Shown piece after piece: positions 50,366-64,000 of a stretch of 64,000 nucleotides of DNA. Source of the stretch: Mobula hypostoma (Eukaryota); contig NC_086097.1 in the NCBI RefSeq assembly GCF_963921235.1, forward strand, positions 241,492,001-241,556,000. Reading direction: 5' to 3'. The position numbers and the translations under genes were made by a program. The notes beneath the pieces were generated by a model, which was not told the origin of the DNA, searched no databases, and worked only from the letters and a program-made list of their open reading frames with translations. How positions within the stretch are numbered: the stretch's first letter is position 1; every line of letters begins with the position of its first letter.

Positions 50366-50854
50366 TGATAAGCAATCTTGAATCTTGAATCTTGAGTCAT
50401 TAAATCCAGGAAATTTCCACCAATAGAGAAACCAAGTTTCAGAAAAGATTCGGTGCTCCCTGAAGAATGTAAAGACGCAGACAGTGGATGAGCTAGACAT
50501 AGTCAGGGCTCAAGGTTAGATATTTATTACTAGATAAAAGCTTTTAAGTTACCATCGACCTTCAGTGCTGTCACAATCTTCCTCCTAACAACATATTAAC
50601 AAAGCAGCTACTTTTACAGTGATAGTACTTGCTTTGATGAAAGCATCACTGAGTTCCACAGAGGGATCAGTGGTCACAGCACCTCAGTGGAGATACATAT
50701 CCATTATTTTCAGCAGTCGTCTAGTTGGCCACAATATGACAAATGCTTTTCGTATATCAGTTGTCTTAAAAAGACTGGCAATTCCACATTGAATTATGAA
50801 TAAGCAGTCACAATGTACAAAGTGTATGTGGCTCCTGCCCAGGTTATAAATATC

Positions 50855-51120
50855 TGACCATAAGGTGTAGAACAGAAGTAGGCCATACAGCCCATTGTGT
50901 CTACTCCACTATTTCATCATGGCTGATCCATTTCCCTCTCAATACCATTCTCCTGCCTTCTCCCTATAAACTTTCATGCCCTGACTAATCCAGAATCTAT
51001 CAACCTTTGCCTTAAATATACCCAATGGCCCCACAGCCATCTGTGGCAATGAATTCCAGGGATTCACCACCCTCTGCCAAAAGAAGTTCCTCCCCTTCTC
51101 TGTTCTAAATGGACGTCTGA
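50855..51120 (-). mobile_element. CR1 3' UTR fragment
   Basis: PFRTEKGRNFFWQRVVNPWNSLP. Confidence 0.85.
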
Positions 51121-51239
51121 CTTGTGTACAGCCTGTATATAAAACAAGCACTTAGACTGGTGGGATGGATTCTGAGGGGGTCCAAAGGAGGTTCACGAGA
51201 ATCATCCCAGGAATAAAAGGGTTAACCCTTTCATTCCAG

Positions 51240-52250
51240 GACAAGAAAAAATCTGCAGATGTAGGAACTACAGGTATGAGGTGCAGATCATATACTCAGA
51301 CTTCTCATCTCCTTTTCCCAATCCTGATGAGGGTCTTGATCCAAAATGTCGACTGTTTACTCTTTTCCATAGATACTGTCCAACCTGCTGAATCCCTCCA
51401 GCGTTGTGTGTGTATTAATCTGCAGAATCTTTCATGTTTATCCATTATTGTAGTACTGTGATCCATAAGTATCTGCAAAACAATTACAATTTTCACTTCT
51501 GGAGGAACTCAGTAGGTCGGGCAGCATCTAAGGAGATAGATAAACAGTCAACATTTCGGGCCGAAAACCTTCTTCAGGACTAGAAAGGAAGATGCCAGAA
51601 TAAAAAGGCCGGAGAGGGGAAAGAGAATAGCTGGAAGGTGATTGATAGGTGAAGCTAGATGGCTGGAGAAGAAGGAATCTGATAGGAGAGGAAAGTGGAC
51701 CAAAGGAGAAAGTGAAGGAGGAGGGGCACCCAGCGAGAGATGATAGGTAGGTGAGAAGAGGTAAGCAGCCAGAAAGGGGAATAGAAGATGAGGCAGGGGG
51801 AGGGAAGACATTTTTACCATAGGGAGAAATCAATATTCATTCCATTAGATTGGAGGCTACCTAGACGGAATATAAAGTTGCTCCTCCACCCTGAGGGTGG
51901 CCTCATCTTGGCACAAGAGGACCGACATGTTGGAATGGGAATTACAAACAAGAGAAAATCTGCAGATGCTGGAAATGTTTGGCCACCAGGAAGTTCCTGG
52001 TGGCAGATGGAGCAAAGGTGCTTGAACGAAGTGGTCCCCCAATTTACGAGAGGTCTCACCGATGTAGAGGAGGCCACATCGGGAGTACCAGACTCAATAG
52101 ACAACCCCAGCTGACTCACAAGTGAAGTGTTGCCTCACCTGGGAAAATAGCTTGGGGCCCTGAATGGAGGTGATGGAGGAGGTGTAGTACTTTGGCCACT
52201 TGCCAGGAGGGTGAGTAGTGTGGAGGGATGAATGAACAAGGGACGTCTCA
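51240..52250. mobile_element. Penelope remnants: small pLTR (+, about 51240-51440) and decayed GIY-YIG/pLTR (-, 51498-52250)
   Basis: IQGPKLFSQVRQHFTCESAGVVY, EEQLYI peptides; hammerhead motifs near 51322-51355 (+) and 51545-51582 (-). Confidence 0.85.
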
Positions 52251-52429
52251 CTTAATTGTCCCCAGGTACATTGGCTACTAATGTTCAATTGTCAACCATA
52301 GTTCAGTTGATAATACAGATACAACCAATTCCATGATACCCGCCTTGTGTTAAAAGTAGCTTATTTCCTCACATCTACTACATCAAATCACTATACATAT
52401 GTACATATAATCTTAAACTACAAGTTAAG

Positions 52430-52895
52430 CTTTGGGTCTGGAGGACCTGAGTTATAAAGAAAGATTGAATAGGTTAGGACTTCATTCCTCGGAACATGGA
52501 AAATTGAGAGGAGATTTGATTGAGGTATACAAAATCATGAAAAGTATGGTTAGGGTAAATGCAAGAAGGCTCTTTCCACTGAAGTTGGGTGGGACTACAA
52601 CCAGAGGTCATGGGTTAAAGGTGAAAGGTGGGAAAGCTTAAAGGAAGCATGAGGGGAAAATTTTTCACTCGGAGGATCGTGGGACTGTGGAGCGAGTTGC
52701 CAGCGCAAGGGGTGCGTGTAAGCTTGACTTCAACATTTATGAGAAGTTTGGATAGGTCCATGATGCATGATGGTAGGGGTCTGGAGGGCAACGGCCCTGG
52801 TGCTGGAGTAGGAAGATTAAATGGTTTGGCACAGACTAGATGGGCCGAGTGGCCTGTATCTGTGTTGTACTTTTCAATGGCTCTATAAATCTATG
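52430..52895 (+). mobile_element. CR1 3' fragment
   Basis: LSYKERLNRLGL..LRGDLIEVYK. Confidence 0.9.
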
Positions 52896-54164
52896 ACTAA
52901 GTTATATTAGTAGGTTTTTTTTGTATTCTGCGATACTTGCAAAAAAATGGAGGATACTTGCAAAAAGAAAAGAGAATAGCGATGTTGGGAGATTTCTAGT
53001 CTCCACAGACACTATGATGACTAAAAACAATCTTGGCAGAAAGGTTTCAACATGCTTTCTAATTAATGAATATCAATGTCTCAGACTTCCAGTCTGCTTC
53101 CTTATGTGGCTTTATAATCAATCAGTTCCTGGAAACATGCCAGAATGTATCCACAACTCCAGCAGAATATTCCATTTGAACATTGCCTTTAATATCGCAA
53201 AATTAAGCAGTAGCAAAATTTGCCTAGTATCTTTTCTTTTGTTCCCCAAAGTGAAATTAAAAAGAAGTTCACATCATTTGGGCACTGTGCCTTCTGGAAT
53301 TTCTGAAGGAAACAGAAAAGTCCTTTAAATGTGAGAGATATCCTGTAACATCTTTAATAACTATATTTCAGAACTGTGATAGTTATATACTTCACACCGG
53401 AATTGGCCTGATCACCTCCAGACAGCAGCCCTAAAATTTATGGCGAAAAATTTCCCAGTGACTGATGTCAGACTTGATAATGTGTGAGTGTCTGGGAGAC
53501 AGCTACATGCATTTAAACATCTGCTTGAATGAAATCCAGCCGAATGACAGGAGTAAGATTAAAAAATAAACTTATTCTTCATTTGGTTCTCAGCTACAAC
53601 ACAGAAACATTTATTTTTAAAATAAGTTCCAGATGTGAATAGAAAGTTTCTTTGATAGTACTTTCCTAATTGTATGCAATGTCCCCTTCAAGTTGCCCAA
53701 AGCATAAAACTACAAGTGAGAGACAGTAATTAAGAAAGTTGCAGACAAATCATGATAATAGAAGTTATATGATCTTTTTTTAAGGTTTACTGACTCCTTG
53801 TTTTTTAAATTTCTGTAGGGCAGGCCTATATTTTTCCACCCTTGCTGCCAGGTTCAAGAACAGTTACTACCTCACAACTATCGGGCTCTTGAATACAAGG
53901 GGATAACTACACTCACTTGTTCGTCCATTGAGATGTTCCCAAAACCAATGATCTCACTTTTCTCATTATTTATTCTGATTTATTTATAATTGCACTTGCA
54001 CAGTTTGTAGTCTTCTGCACTTCTGCATAGATCCAGTTGTAGTTACTAGTCTATAGATTTGCTGAGTATGCCCGCAGGAAATGGATCTCAGGTTTGTATA
54101 TAGTGACATATATGTACTTTGATAATAAAATTTACTTTGACTTTGATCTGTATCAATAGTTAGA

Positions 54165-55990
54165 GAGGGCCAAAGGAGGATTATAGGAATGATCCAGGAA
54201 TGACAGGGTTAATATGTGGGGAGCTTTTGAAGGCTCTGGAGCTGTATACACTGGAGTTTAGAAGAATGAGGGGGAATTTTCACTGAAAGCTATCAAATAT
54301 TGAAAGACCTAGATAGAGTGGACTTGGAGAGGATGTTTCCTGTAGTGAAGGAGTCTAGGACCAGAGACCACAACCTCAAAATACAAGGATGTTCTTTAGA
54401 ACAGAGATGAGGAGGAATTTCTTTAGCCAGAAAGTGGTGGATCTGTGGAATTCATTGCCACAGGCAGTTGTGGAGGCCAAGTCATTGGTTTTATTTAAAG
54501 TGGAGGTTAACAGGTTCGTAATTAGTAAGGGTTCCAAAGATTACTGGGAGAGGGCAGGTGAATGAGATTGAGAGAAATAATAATCAGCCATGATGGACTG
54601 GTAGAGCAGACTCAATGGGCCAAATAGGCTAACTCTTCTCCTAAGTATTATGCTTTTATGGTCTAATATTGCATAACTACCTTGTCTAGACTTGGAAACG
54701 TAACTATGCCACTTAGAGTCCAGCAGTGAGGCTCTCTATGACATGTGCATAATTTCTACTTGCCAGCAAAAACTTTGACAAACTTCTATAGGTGCACAGT
54801 GGAGAGCATCCTAATTGGTTTAATCACGTCTTAGTATAGAACATCGAACACTACAGCACAGTGCAGGCCATTCAGCCCAAGAAGTTGTGCTGATCTTTTA
54901 ACCAAGTTTAAACATATAGAATTTGCACATTTATATGTTAGAAACATATAAAATTATGAAAGGGATAGATAAGATAGAGGCAGGAAAGTTGTTTCCACTG
55001 GTAGGTGAGACTAGAACCAGGGGATATAGCCTCAGGATTCGGGAGAGTAGATTTAGGATGCAGATGAGGAGGAACTGCTTTTCCCGGAGAGTGGTGAATC
55101 TGTGGAATTCTCTGCCCAATGATACAATGGAGGCTACCTCAGTATATATATTTTAGACAAAATTGGATAGATTTTTTCATCGTAGGGGAATTAAAGGTTA
55201 TGGGGAAAAGGCAGGTAGGTGGAGATGAGTTAATGGCCAAATCAGCCATGATCTTATTGAATGGCGGAGCAGTCTCGACGGGTCAGATGGCCGACTCCTG
55301 CTCCTATTTCTTATGTTCTTATGTTCTAAGATCAATTTAACCCTTCCCTCCTATATAGCCCTCCATTTTTCTATCATTCATGAGCTTATCTAAGAATTTC
55401 TTCAATGCCCCTCATATATCTGCCTCGACTACCACCCCTTGTCTGGGTGTTCCATGCAACCACCGGTCTCTGTGTGAAAAAACTTGCCTTTGACATCCCC
55501 CTTATAACTTTCTCCAACTACCTTACAATTATACTGCTTCATATCAGCCATTTCTGCCCTGATCAACTCCTCCGCTGTCCTCTCGATCTATCTCTCTTAT
55601 CATCTTATACATTTCTATCAAGTCACCTCTCATCCTTGTTTTCTCCAAAAAGAAACGCCCCAGTACACTCAACCTACCTTCATAAGACATGCTCTTTAAT
55701 CCAGGAGGCATTCTAGTAAATCTCCTCTGCACCCTCTCTAAAGTTTTCACATCCAGTCCTGTAATGAGGCATCCAGAACTGAGCTCAATATTCTAAGTGT
55801 GGTCTAACCAGGATTTTATAGAGATTTTATAGGATTTTATTACCTCACGGTTCTTGAGCTCAATCCTCTGACTAGTGAAGGCCAAAATACCACAGGCCTC
55901 CTTAATAAGTCTGTCAAGTTGTGCGGCAACTTTGAGGGACCTCTGGACGTGGACCCCAAGATCCCTCAGTTCCTCCACAATGCCCAGGAG
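54165..55990. mobile_element. Cluster of CR1 3' fragments (54165-54665 +, 54937-55327 +, 54835-54905 and 55328-55990 -)
   Basis: ORF2 C-terminal peptides; TTATGTTC tail. Confidence 0.85.
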
Positions 55991-55994
55991 TGTA

Positions 55995-56592
55995 AAGGCT
56001 ACAGAAAGTGGAAGATGCAGCCCAGTCCATCACAAAGAAAGCATTCCCCGTCGTTCAGCATGTTTACATGGAGTGCTGCCACAAGAAAGGGGCATCCAGC
56101 ATCAAGGACCCCCTCCATTCAGGCCATGCTCTCTTCTTGCTACTATCATCCAGCAGGAAGTACAGCAGCCTGAGGTGCTACACTATGAGGTTCAAGAATA
56201 TTTATTACCCTACAATAATCAGGCATGGATAACTTCACTCACCGTTACTCTGAACTGATTCTACAACCTGCAACATACTCAGAATGCTGGAAGAACTCAG
56301 CAGGCCAGGCAGCATCTATGGAAAAGAGTACAGTCAACGTTTCGGGCTGACATCTTTCCAGACTTACTTTCAGGCACTCTTTACAGCTCATGTTCTCGGT
56401 ATTATATTTTTCCTTTTTTTTACACAAATTGTCTTTTTTTTCACATTGGTTGTTTGTCAGTATTCATCTCTATTTATTATTTTTTGTGAATTCTATTGTA
56501 TTTATTTTCCTGTTAATACCTGCAGGAAATGAATCTCAAGGTAATATGAAGTAACGTATACATAATTCAACAATAAATTTTACTTTGACATT
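55995..56592 (+). mobile_element. Rex1-related 3' fragment with nested Penelope pLTR piece (about 56270-56350)
   Basis: KDPLHSGHALFLLLSS..RFKNIYYPTII. Confidence 0.8.
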
Positions 56593-57344
56593 GATATCCA
56601 GGCCTTGCACAATCCACGAGGAAGACAGAAACATGCCCATTCCATAAGATACCTTTGATGAAAGTTTGACTGACTTTGGCAAAAGCAAAACTTGCAAATC
56701 TGCACTTTGATATTTATGAGATCAAACGTTTTGTACAATTTTGGATCTGTTTCCCCAGAAGCATTGTAGATAGAAATATCAATGAAAAGAGACCGCTCTG
56801 GGCCCAGATTTTACCTTGCAGCTTGTACTCCATTCCCACACCCCGCACCTTCTTATCCTGGCTTCTTTCCAGTCCTGCACTGAGCTTTATATTCCACCAT
56901 GGATGCTGCCTGACTTGCTGAGCTCCTCCAGCAATTCGTGTGTGTTTTGCTCAAGATTTCCACCATCTGGAGAACCTGCTGTGTTTAATCTTTATACTAT
57001 CCCTGAACTCTCATGCAGAGGGCAGAGGCAGTATGCAGCCAGTTAATTGATTGGCAATGCACAGCCAAAAAAGTTGGGACTTTGACGTTTGCACAGGAGT
57101 CCACAACTTGGCTGCATCAAGGTGGACAATTGCAAAGAGAGAAACACTCACAAAACCAAACCAACTCATAAGCGTCACAGGTTGAGCGAGCTAGGGCTTT
57201 CTCTTTAGAGTGAAGGAGGGTGATTTGATAGTGGTGTACAAGATGATAAGAGGCATAAATCTAGTGGACATCAGAGGCATTTTCCCAGGATGAAAATGGC
57301 TAATATGAGGGGACATAATTTTAAGATGACTGGAGGGAGATGTT

Positions 57345-57655
57345 GAAAGGCATCCGTTAGTCTTGCGAGACCATGGATCTGTGCCTGGAAAGTCTTCGCT
57401 CTCCAGGGCGCAGGCCTGGGCAAGGTTGTATGGAAGGCCAGCAGTTGCCCATGCTGCAAGTCTCCCCTCTCCACAACACCAATGTTGTCCAAGGGAAGGG
57501 CATTAGGGCCCATACAGCTTGGCACCAGTGTCGTCGCAGAGCACTGTGTGATTAAGTGCCTTGCTCAAGGACACAACATGCTGCCTCAGCTGGGGCTCGA
57601 ACTCACGACCTTCAGGTCACTAGTCCAATACCTTAACCACTTGGCCATGTGCTCA
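57345..57655 (-). mobile_element. tRNA-headed SINE inserted in a CR1 3' fragment (57175-57890 +)
   Basis: Minus TGGCCAAGTGG (A box), GAGTTCGAGCCC (B box), CCTTGAGCAAGGCACTTAA core. Confidence 0.85.
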
Positions 57656-58579
57656 CACAGGGAGATGTTAGAGGTAAGTTTTTTGCACACCCTGCCAAAG
57701 GTGGTGGTAAAGGCGAACACATCAGGAACATTTAAACAACATGGATGATGTAAAAATGGAGGGCTGTGTAGGAGGGAAGGGCTAGATTGATCTTACAGTA
57801 GTTTATAAGGTCAGCATAACATTATGCGCTGAAGAGCCTGTACTGGGCTCAAGTGTCCTAGGTTCAATGTTCTACCTATGTTCTATGTTAGAAATTAGCC
57901 CAATTCCCTAATATTTGTATTCATCATGCTTCTGAAGAAGCAAGTCTAAAACTGTCCAAGGAGTTTGATCTGATAAACATCAGTGTTGGAGATTAATGTA
58001 ATTCAAAGATAATTTCCTTGACTTCTGCCAATTCAAGCCCTTCCCCCTCCTCTAACAGTGGCTAGCTACCTACACACAAATAATTCTACATCCCAGACAA
58101 AATTTGACAGACATCACGCATTTCTTAGTGCAAGAGCATAATATGATTGTTCTGCTTCACACAGTGACAAAAGATACCTGGTGGTATGTCATCATAAACA
58201 ATATATTAAATGTATCCAGAATAATGAAAAGAAAACCCATAAAAAAAATAGAAACATCAATAAGAAATCTAGCAATCTGTTGCAAATTAATTCTCAAATC
58301 AGTTCCACAAATTTCACGAGCTGCATTTTAGTAGCCATTAACAAAATTGGATTTACAGACATTTCAAGACTGTTATTGTTATTCAGTGAATGATGGATGG
58401 GAATATACTGCACCAGAAAGGTAAAATGTATGTACCTACTTTTGTAACTGTTTGTAGGGCGAGTTTTTGATATTGGCCAGGCCATCGGCAGCTTAGGAAG
58501 AGATACAGTACAAGCAATGGGAAACTATCAATGACTATGTTTAGAAATGACAAGCCTACGAAACATCTGAGCAGACAAT

Positions 58580-59217
58580 TGTACGGGGTCTCTTCTTTGT
58601 ATGTTAAATTTAAAATGGCTTCTTTGTTATGTTAATCTTCTAAACTGCTGCGTATGTGGATTAAAATGGCTTCTATGTTATGTTAAATGCTGAGAAAGTC
58701 TCCAGCTAGAAATTTGCTTGGGTTGATACCGATAGCAGGGTGCTATTAGCCAATGGGTGTTCATGTTATTATTTCTTGGGGTGATAATACTGTCTCCTAT
58801 GACTGGGAACCAGGGGCTTTTGGCGGGGATTCGGACGAGAGACGGGGAGGATGATGGACGTATGGGAAGGCTCCGGTCAATCACTCCTGGTGGTCCTGAG
58901 CCGTGAGTCGACAGGGTCCCGGTGGTCCCGAGGAACTTTCTGAGCTCCAACTTGTGCACGAAGAACTTGAATTTATAAGTCTGGCGCCTTTTTCCATTAC
59001 TTCTTTTTCTGTATCGAACAGATTTTAATTTCATAGACTTAGTAATATCTATAAAGTGTACTTGGTAAAACGTACTGTGTGTGCTGGCTGATGATTGATG
59101 TTTGGGACTGATTTCGGTGGCAGTGGTACAGCATCCGACCCAGCAGGGAGGCGTCCAGGTGGGCACCGGGCGGGATTTCCCTTAGATATATACAAGCCAA
59201 TATAGCGGAGCTTTACA
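58580..59217 (+). mobile_element. Solo LTR, 638 bp, 4-bp TSD
   Basis: TGTA...TACA termini; TSD CAAT at 58576-58579 and 59218-59221; CCAAT box. Confidence 0.85.
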
Positions 59218-59599
59218 CAATTACAGAGTATTATTTTCCAAAGTCTGTCAGATGTGTACCTGTCGTTGTTCCTGGTCAGTGAAGAATCAGCTTCAGATTC
59301 AGATCTATTTATTTATCATACGTACATCGAAACGTACAGTGCAATGTGCCAGTCTAAGGGGGCAGCCCGCACATGGGAAACTTAGGAAGAGAACAGTGCA
59401 AAGCATAAACGAGGCTTGCCTGGGCAATTCACTAAAGGGAAAGCTAACTGAGGAAAGCATATTTATTCATTAACCCGATGGGCATGACTGATCATTATGA
59501 AGGGAATATGGTTGCAGTTCAATCGAAAATTAGATGTTGTTCCAATTCAACAGGATAGTATTCATTCGATTAGCACACAATTCTCTTTACTTCTGCGAC

Positions 59600-59965
59600 C
59601 CTACATCAAACCCTGTATGAAAGGCCTAGGATGTGGAGAGGTTGTTTCCAATAGTGGGAGAGACAAGGACCAGAGGGCATAGCCTCAGAATGCAAGGACG
59701 TCCCTTTAGAACAGAGATGAGGAGGATTCTTTTTAGCCAGACTGGTGAATCTGTGGATTTCATTTCCACAGATGATCGTGGAGGCCAGGTCATTCTGTAT
59801 ATTTAAAGCAAAAGTTGATAGGCTCTGGATTAGTAAGGGTGTCAAAGGTTGCAGGGAGAAGGCAGAAGAATGGGGTTGAAAATTAGCCATGATGAAATGG
59901 TGGAGCAGACTTGATGGGCTGAATAGTCTAATTCTGTTCCTATGTCTTATTGTTTTTATGGTCAA
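59600..59965 (+). mobile_element. CR1 3' fragment
   Basis: Similar to other CR1 3' ends in the window. Confidence 0.85.
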
Positions 59966-60887
59966 CTGATCAAATGGTAGACTTCTCCCCTACAAACGAT
60001 AAAATCCCGTTTTTGAAGAGCATAAAATGCAGATGTATGAAAGAGGGTTTATATCATCAAAATCCATATTGTTCGACTAGATTTTTATGAGTATTCTTTA
60101 TAAGATAACTGAAGTACATTAAACCTTTGGAACGATGAAACTTCCTTGATTCAGAAGATACTTAAGCAGATTTCAAGATATTAGTCAAATTATAATTTCA
60201 GCGTGGCCAGTCAGATTACATTACACCCTAAGTCCTATTTCAACAGTGGAATCAAACCTTCATCATGTCACACCAATTCTTCATGCACCAATTAGATGCC
60301 TAGGGGCAGGGAGGAACTTGAAGTTGTAAGGGAAAGATCTATTGCCATGGTTATTTGGAAACCAATGTCAGATAAGACAAAGAAACTGAGATCCAAATTA
60401 CAAAAGACAACAAGTACTTGCCTTAGGACTTCTGTCTGAACTGCATCCAAATTGGCATGGGGTCAGTAGGATCCAAAATTTGAAAACTTAGAACAAAAAT
60501 TCATTTGGGAAAAAAGTTGATCAATTCATGAAGTAATTGATAACAGTTTTGCACACATGAATGGGGTTGAGAGGAATAATACATCAGCCATGATGGAATA
60601 GCAGAGCAACTCAACAGGTCGAGTGGCCTCATTCTGTTCCTTTGTCTTCTGCTCCTATGTGCTGGTACCAGCACCAACGCAACTTGAATAGCAGGTTTAT
60701 CTCAAAGTTTTATACCAAAATCTGGGGAGGGAGGGGAGAACTCTGATTAGAGGAAGTTTGGGAAGTAAAGGAAAAAAAGACAGTTACAGTACAGGGCAGA
60801 AAAATCGATGATTATCAGTAAGGAAAGGTGTGTGCAAACATAAACATATTCCTCAGTGAGAATAGGGATAATGGCAAAATGGTCAAT

Positions 60888-62040
60888 CTGAAGTTCAAAG
60901 TAAATTTATTATCAAAATACACATATGTCACCATATACAACCCTGAGATTCATTTTCTAATAGGCATTCACAGTAAGTCCAAGAACCACAATAGAATCAT
61001 TGAAAGACCGCGCCCAACAGGATGGACAAACAGCCAATGTACAAAAGACAACAAACTGTGCAAATACTAAATAAGTTATTAAATAGACAAGTAAATACAT
61101 GAATGAATGAATGAATCAATATCGAGAACATGAGATGAAGAGTCCCTAAAAGTAAGTTCATCGGTTGTGGAACAGTTCATTGAAGGGGTGAAGTTGTCCC
61201 TTCTTGTTTAAGGTCTGATGGTTGAGGGGCAGTAACTGTTCCTGAACCTGGTGGTGCACGTCCTGAGGCTCCTGTGCTTTCTACTTGACGGGAGCAGTGA
61301 GAAGAGAGCATGGCCTGGGTGGTGGAAGTCCTAGGTGATGGATGCTGCTTTCCTGCAACAGCGTTCCGTATGGTAGGGAGGGATTTACCCGTGTTGGACT
61401 GGGACATATCCACTATTTTTTGTAGGATTTTCCATTCAAGAGCATTGGTGTTTCCACACCAGGGCATGCCAGCACTCAGCATATTCTCCAACACAAATCT
61501 ATTGAAGTTTGTCAAATTTTTAGATGACGTGCCAAACCTTTGCAAGCTTCTAAGGAAATAGAGGCACTGCTGTGCTTTCTTCAAAATGGCACCTACATAC
61601 TGGGCCTAGGAAATCCTTTGAAATGATAATAGTAAAGAATTTAAAGTCGCTTACCAACTCTACCTCTGATCCCTTGATAAGGACTGGCCATGGGCCTCCA
61701 GTTCCCTCCTCCTGAAATCAATAATCAGCTCTTTGGTCTTGCTGATATTGAGTGCCGGTCTCCCTCGTCACTACCCATTGATTCGGCTAAGGGCAGTGGT
61801 GTCATCAGCAAACATAAATATAGTATTGGTTCTGCACTTAGCCTTACAGTCGTAAGTGTAAAATGAGTAGAGCGGGGGCGGGGGGGCTAAGCGCAGAGCC
61901 TTGAGGTGCCCCTGTGTTGATGGAGATCATGGAGAGGATCTCGTTGCCAATCTGAACTGACTGGGGTCTGCAAGTGAGGAAATCTAATTGCACAAAGCGG
62001 TATTGGGGCCAAGGTATTGAAGCTTATTGAATAGTTTTGA
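60888..62040 (-). mobile_element. Rex1/Babar RT-to-tail fragment, decayed
   Basis: TGAPQGS..FADD; KKAQQCLYFLRSL; TTTGAAC tail. Confidence 0.85.
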
Positions 62041-62652
62041 AGGCTTATTACCTGTAAGATCAGTGATTTTTTTTAAATTGGATAGAAATATGTTAAAAAA
62101 ATAAATATAGGAAAATAGAAAACTTGAAATAGAAATAAAAAATTTAATCTATTAGCCACTATACCAATAGAACATAGAATATTAAGACTATAACAGGCCA
62201 ATAATGTTGTGCTGACTTTTAACCTAGACCAACAACAATCTAACCCTTCCCTCCCATATAGCCTTCTATTTTTCTATCATCTATGTGCCTATCTAAGAGT
62301 CTCTTAAATGTCCCAAATGTATCTGCCTCTACTCCACCCCTAGCAAAATGTTCTATGCATTCGCCATTCTCTGTATGAAAAAACTACCTCATACCATCCT
62401 GCATGTACTTTCCTGCAATCACCTTAAAATGATGTCCTTTCCTATTAGACATTTCTACAAATATGTCCTCAAATCTGTTCTCAAAATGATTGGGGTTGGG
62501 AATTAAATTCAGATTCAGATTTATTTATCTGAATAAAAAAAAACATGCAGTGAAATGTGCCATTTTTGTTTAAAAACCAACACAACTTAGGGATGTGCTG
62601 GGGGACGGCCCACAAGTGTCACCACAGTATAAGCAGATTAGGTAGAGACAAT

Positions 62653-63246
62653 TGTAACCCTCACACTCGCCCAGCTCGTGTTCGTCTGGGGGAATCAGCC
62701 TTTGTCCCCGCCAAACTGAGTAATCACGTTTGTGTGGATGCTGTGTGATGTACTCCCCAGTTACAACCCCACAACGCAAAATATCAGACAGTACACTATA
62801 TGCAATTAAATGATAGACTTTATGAATCTTAATCTGAATATAGGATTGGTAATGAAAATAAACAACAAAAAAAGAGGGCCCAAGTCAAAGTCAAAGTCAC
62901 GCTAGAGCTCACTCAGAAGACCTTCTTCCACCATCGGTCTCCTCCAAGCGTCACCGACCTGCAGACCCTCAGATCCCAGTCCACTCCGTCCGGTGGTCTA
63001 CCAGCTCTCTCCACATGCATCTTCCCTCTTCATCTCCTCTCGACAAAAGACCGCGAAAACAACATCCTTCCAGATACACAAGACAAATCAACAATCCCCG
63101 ATTGGCTAACATTACTGTTATCTCCAGCAGTAACCCAAACATTGCTGCTACAGAGAAACCGTTACCTCAGCAGTGAACGTTACAAAGACGCCATTGCATT
63201 AGCATTAGCAGTGAACGTTCCAAAAAAAAGCAGAGCAACCATTACA
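62653..63246 (-). mobile_element. Solo LTR, 594 bp, related to 58580-59217 but inverted
   Basis: TGTAA...TTACA termini; flanks CAAT/CAAG; shared blocks AATGGC.TCTTTGT, TTAGCCAAT, TGAGCTC, ATAAAGT, ACAGCATCC. Confidence 0.75.
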
Positions 63247-63794
63247 CAAGAAACATCAGAGTACAGACAGTCTTCAGGGTTCGACATGGTCCTGTTCTTG
63301 ACAACTGCCCATCACTTGAACTGTCCATAACTCAGCAGTCAGAAATAAACAGAATCAGCTGTGATGGGAGAGTGGGTGGGTGCAGGAAGAGCTGCTCCCT
63401 TCGCAGGACGTGGGGAGGGAAGTCACATGGAACTGACACATTCCCAACTGGCAAGCCTTTCTCCATCTATCCTGCTGGTCTCCCAAACGCTCAGTGAGAG
63501 CAAGCAGCAGAGACAGACTCCACGGAGGGGAGTCTGGTTTGTATGATGTGCTGAACTGAGCAGTTTCTTCTGGTCACAGACAGAAGAGTTGCCATACAAA
63601 GCTGATGCTTTCTATGGTGCATCTGCAAGCCCCTCTTCAGGCTCGTGTGCAAACTCGGCTCTGCTAACAGCCACAGGACTCAGCGGTGAGAAGGCCACCT
63701 TTCATAAACAATATACGTCCAGGGTCGATATGATTTGGGATGCAGCCAAGCAAAAACATAGTGATGTTCCAATTAAAGCATCCTCAATTTGAGC

Positions 63795-64000
63795 AAAGGC
63801 TGAGAGACTGGTGTAGGGGGCAGGGCTTCAGATTCTTGGATAATTGGGATCTCTTCTGGGGGAAGTATGACCTGTTCAAAAAGGACAGGTTACACCTGAA
63901 CCCGAAGGGGACCGATATCCTGGCGGGAAAGTTCAATAGAGCTGTTAGGGAGAGTTTAAACTAATTTGGCAGGGGGATGGGAACCAGAATGATAGAGTGG
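63795..64000 (+). mobile_element. CR1 ORF1 esterase (SGNH-like) C-terminus, running off the window
   Basis: LRDWCRGQGFRFLDNWDLFWGKYDLFKKDRLHLNPKG. Confidence 0.85.

Noticed and set aside
57580..57655. tRNA gene (also 2360-2435 and 40010-40082)
   Set aside because: A/B boxes are followed by SINE body sequence and no full cloverleaf could be drawn; these are SINE heads
58678..59166. 162-aa minus ORF
   Set aside because: Lies wholly inside the solo LTR, on its antisense strand
1..64000. Prokaryotic-type systems (operons, CRISPR arrays, retrons, defence islands)
   Set aside because: Vertebrate repeat content, low coding density and no regularly spaced repeat-spacer array; all RT fragments are LINE or Penelope type

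Overview
This is eukaryotic, repeat-dominated DNA, probably intronic or intergenic. The repeat mix (abundant CR1 LINEs, Rex1/Babar, Penelope, tRNA-SINEs) suggests a cartilaginous fish, probably a ray; this is an inference. No intact host gene or intact transposon ORF was recognised, and almost all ORFs in the track are decayed retroelement fragments or their antisense shadows. Elements seen: many CR1 and Rex1/Babar fragments, an L2 remnant, a cluster of R4/Dong-like fragments, Penelope elements, a Buster/Charlie hAT relic, a Tc1 relic, a non-autonomous Helitron with both ends intact, three solo LTRs, several SINEs and short RTE-derived elements. The most interesting signals are structural. (1) An HDV-like ribozyme fold starts at the TSD-defined 5' end of a 407-bp RTE-derived element, and a second family shows compensatory stem changes. 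(2) Minimal hammerhead motifs sit in Penelope pLTRs, including a fold-back pair. (3) The Helitron keeps 23-aa STPR-like repeats inside a multi-layer nest. (4) A composite Tc1-type element is built from two palindromic mini-MITEs. Family names come from motif recognition by eye. Boundaries are approximate unless a TSD or terminus is quoted.
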